Positions 60,551 to 64,000 of a stretch of DNA of 64,000 nucleotides are shown piece after piece. A program made the position numbers and the translations under genes. Source of the DNA: Scenedesmus sp. PABB004 (lineage: Eukaryota); assembly GCA_014905635.1 (NCBI GenBank), contig JABVCE010000002.1, positions 1,364,001-1,428,000 on the forward strand, in the 5' to 3' direction. The first letter of the stretch is position 1, and the number at the start of each line of letters is the position of its first letter. Under the pieces are notes generated by a model. The model worked only from the letters and a program-made list of their open reading frames with translations, was not told the DNA's origin and searched no databases.

Positions 60551-61767
60551 CTAGCTCGCCTTGCCCATCGCGAGCGTCAGCTCCGCCTCGACCGCGAGGT
60601 CGGGGCCCACGTAGCCCTTGGCCGCCATCTTGACGATGCCAAAGCGCTTGTTGAACTTGGTCACCTCCACGCGCATCATCTGCGCGCGCCGCCGCCGCCG
60701 CGCGCTCAGCGCGGCGCGGGCGCCGCGGCGTGCGCGCGGCGCGCTGCCGCTCTGCGCACTGCCGCCGCGCGACGCCGCCGCCGCCGCCGCCGCCGCCGCC
60801 CAGCGCGCGCCGCCGCGGCGCCCGCGGCCGGCGCCGCACCAGCGTGTCGCCCGGCACGACGGGGCGCCTGAAGCGGCAGCCCTCGATGCCGCCGAAGAAG
60901 AACTGCTCCTTGGCGTCCTGGTCCTTGGGGTCCAGCATCACCAGCCCGCCCAGCTGCGCCATCGCCTCAATCTGCAGCACGCCTGGGAGGCGCCCGGGCG
61001 CGGCGCCGCCGCGGCGGCGAGTGAGGCAGGGGGCTGCGCCAGGCCGGCGCCGCGCGCCGACCGCGCGGCCGGCGGCGGGCGCGCCGCACCCGGCATGATG
61101 GCGCGCTCGGGGAAGTGGCCGTTGAAGAACTGGTCGTTCACGGTGATGTTCTTGTACCCGACCGCGTGCTTGCCGTACTCAATCTCGACCACGCGGTCCA
61201 CCAGCAGGAAGGGGTACCTGCGACGCCGCCGGGGGCGAGCGGCCTCGGGGGCCGCCCGCCGCTGCTGCTGCGGCCGGCGGCGGCGCCGCGGCGCGCTGCC
61301 GCTGCTGGCCGCTGACGGCGCCGCAGCCGCTGCCGCGCGGCGCCGCGGGCCCGGGTCGAGCGCCGGCGGCGCCAGCGCGCTGCTGGGTCGTCACAGGGCC
61401 GTTCACGCCGGGCGCGGAGCCGGGGCGGCGCGGCCGGGATGCACATGCAGCAGGCGCCAGGCTGCGCGCGATCGCCCCACCCGCTCCGCGCCAATGGCGG
61501 GCCCGCGGCCCCGTCAGCGACGCAGCGCAGCCGCCAGCTCCCCCCGCACCTGTGGGGCAGCACGCCCTTGATCGCCTCGATGTCCAGGACCGGCTTGAAG
61601 GCGCTCATGCTCTTCTCCAGCCCCGCCGGCGCCGCCTCGCCCTCGGCGCGCACCACCACGCTGCTGCCACGGCGCACGACACGGCCAAGCGCAGGCCGCG
61701 CCGCGCCAAACGGCGCCCGCGAGGCGGCGCGGCCCGAGGCGGGCGTTGAGTGCTGCATCAGCGCCAT
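60551..61767 (-). CDS. fabZ: Plastid 3-hydroxyacyl-ACP dehydratase (FabZ/HAD), 4 exons
   Basis: Transit peptide, then [67 protein letters not shown]. Minus-strand TGTAA at 60408-60412. Confidence 0.97.
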
Positions 61768-61911
61768 TCTGGCGGGGCGGGGCGCGCGGGGCGTCGCGAC
61801 TGACGTGGCGTGCGGTTTGTGCGCGAGGGCGGGCTGCGGGCGCGACCGCGTCGAGCGCGCGCGGCGGCGGGGGTTGAACGCTGCGCTGCGCCCTCGCCGC
61901 AGCCAAGGCGG

Positions 61912-63541
61912 CTACGGCTCGCTGCCGCCATCCTCGTCCAGCGCGTGCCGCGCGGCGTCCAGCACCAGGTACTGCTCCTCGGTCAGGTGGGCAATGAGCG
62001 GCGCGTCGGGCGCGCGGGCGGCGGCTGCGCCCGCCCCGCGCAGGCGCGCGCCGTCCCCCTGCGCGTGGCCGGGCGCGCGCGCGCGTTGGGCGGTGAGCGG
62101 CCTGGCGCCGGCGGCGGCCAGGGCGCGCGGTCGCCGGCCGGCCCGCTCTCACCTGCGCGCGCAGCGCGGAGGCCGTGCCCGGCGCCGCGCCGCCGCCGGC
62201 CGACTGCGCCTGCAGCCACTTGATGATCTTCTGCTGCTGCGCCACCTGCTCCTCCAGCTCCGCGCAGCGCGCGCGCAGCTCGTGCAGCTCGTGCGCGGCG
62301 CCGCCGGCGCCGGGCGACGACCGGGGCCCGCGCCCGCCGGCCGTCAGCTCGGCGCGCAGCGCGGCGATGAGCCTGTCGTCGTTCTGCGTCTTGCCCAGCA
62401 CGACCGCGAGCTTCTCCTTCAGCACACACACCTCCGCCTCGAGCACCTTGCGCCGGCTGCTCGCGCCGGTGGCCTGCAGGGGCAGCGCACACGCGCCGTG
62501 AGCTCGAGGGGCCGCCCACGCGTGGCGCACGCGCCCCTGCACCACAGTCGCCGTGCCCGGCCGCGCGCACCGCACCTGCAGCCGCAGCGCCTCGGCGGCG
62601 CGCTGCGCCGCCTCCAGCTCGGCCGCCATGCGCTCCATCTCTGCGCCGCGCTCCTTGTTGAGCCGCCCGATCACGCTGCGGTGCGCGCTCTCGTGCTTGG
62701 CCAGCGACCCAGCGACGCCGCCGCCACCGCCGCCGCCGCCTGGCCCGGCGCCGGTCGTGGGCGCGCCGCCCGCGGCGGCGAGCGCGTCGCGCAGCTGGCG
62801 CACGGTATCGCGGAGGTGCACGATCGTCTCTCGCCGGCCCTTCCAGTCGCTGCCCTCGTCGACGACCTTGGCGAGCGGCACGTCGTCACCGACCTCACGC
62901 GACAGCGCGCGGGTGAGCTTGCGGACCTCGCCCTCCAGCAGGAACACCTTGGCCTCCATCTGGCCCTGCTTGTTGGTCATCTGCTGCAGCTGCTGCCGCG
63001 CGGCCGCGAGCTCGCGCGCCTCGCCGCCGTCGCCCTCGCCGGCCTCGCGCCGCTGCGGCGGCGGGTGCAGAGTGAGCGCGGCTGCGCAGCGCAGAGGCCG
63101 CGGCAGCATGCGAGCGCGCAGGGGGACCCACCGCGCCGCCCTCCTTGGCGCCCGTCGCCGCCGCCGCCTCTGACAGCGCCTGCTGTAGTTTTGCCACCTT
63201 GTGCCGCTCCTTCTCCAGCGACAGGTTGAGCGCCCGGTTCTGCGCGGGGCGGCGCGCTGGCTGGCCACGCGCGCGCGCGACGTGCTCGGCCCGCGCAGCG
63301 GGCGCGCACCTTTTTGGACAGCTCGATGACCTTGGCGGCCTGCACGTCCGCGGACTGGAGCTCACCCGCGGCGTCTGCAATCTCCCGCAGCGCCACGACC
63401 TCCGCCTCGCGCTGCGCCAGCTGCGCGCGCACGGCCTGCAGCTGCGCGCGGCGGCGTGTGGGCCGCGGCGCGTGCGCCTCAAGCTGCTGGGCGCGGACAG
63501 GGCGTGCGTGCGCGCACCTGGTGCGCTGCGTCGGCCTCCAT
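61912..63541 (-). CDS. CCDC13: CCDC13-like coiled-coil (centriolar satellite/ciliary) protein, multi-exon
   Basis: AAKVIELSKK/NRALNLSLEKER, RALSREVGDDVPLAKVVDEGSDWKGRRETIVHLRDTV, RRKVLEAEVCVLKEKLAVVLGKTQNDDRLIAALR match the CCDC13 pattern. The terminal exons are less certain. Confidence 0.8.
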
Positions 63542-64000
63542 CGCTGCAGCAGCGGCGGTCAACGCGCGCCGCTCCGGCCGGCGGTGGCCGCCCCGCTCGG
63601 TCGCTTTTGAACGGTGGATGTGCGCGTTGGGGGTGACCGCAGCGTGTCGGCGGCGCGCGCGAGCTCCGCGGCGGCCAGGCGGGCGGGCAGGGCTCGGGGC
63701 GCGGCGGCGGCGGCGCACGGCCCCAAGAGGCGCAGCGAGCTCACGTCCCGCTCCACGCACTCCACCAGCCGCCGCTCGCGCACTCCACGCACCAAGCCAG
63801 TCGCCAGCCCGAGAGCGCTGCCGGCAGCAGCCCGCCGCCGCTGCCTCTCATTCGGCAGCGCCTGCGCCCGGCCTCCACGCGGCACGCCCGCCCCTGCTTG
63901 GGCGCGCCAGCTCACCACCGTCAGGGGGCTCCTCTCCTCGCCGCAGCCCCGCCAGCTTGGGCGCCGCGCCGCGCCGCGCCGCCGCGCCGCGCCGGCAGCG

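Noticed and set aside
63559..63918. 119-aa minus-strand ORF at the window end
   Set aside because: No recognisable motif, it abuts the CCDC13 start, and there is too little context to call a gene.

Overview
This is a very GC-rich (by eye about 75-80%), intron-containing eukaryotic nuclear window, most consistent with a chlorophyte green alga (Sphaeropleales-like). Support for this includes short GC-rich introns, TGTAA poly(A) signals and plastid transit peptides; the species cannot be determined from sequence alone. About 21 densely packed spliced genes can be reconstructed: MO25, a plastid sigma-70 factor, diacylglycerol kinase, a VHL-domain zinc peptidase, a 2OG-Fe(II) oxygenase, an Sfi1-like/Kelch protein, DUF2045, a CFAP96-like protein, a DnaJ-type zinc finger, mL40, DDX51, an ACT-CBS-Raf-like kinase, a NIPSNAP-like protein, MED28, a PAP2 phosphatase, HPPK-DHPS, Fpg, FabZ, a CCDC13-like protein and several unknowns. 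The most striking item is a minus-strand spliced gene (5703-10118), invisible in the ORF track, that joins Cys/His zinc-finger-like repeats, a complete DEDDh 3'-5' exonuclease (catalytic motifs split across exons) and a Mei2-type RRM3. The window also holds a 647-bp non-autonomous hAT-type element with 20-bp TIRs and an 8-bp TSD, and an identical 129-bp direct repeat bracketing HPPK-DHPS and Fpg. GC-AG introns are frequent, and several same-strand gene pairs are very tightly spaced (bicistron candidates). Four single-base frameshifts sit in G/C runs and are probably assembly errors. Most long ORFs in the supplied track are GC-rich shadow ORFs. All family assignments come from motif recognition by eye; no database searches were run.
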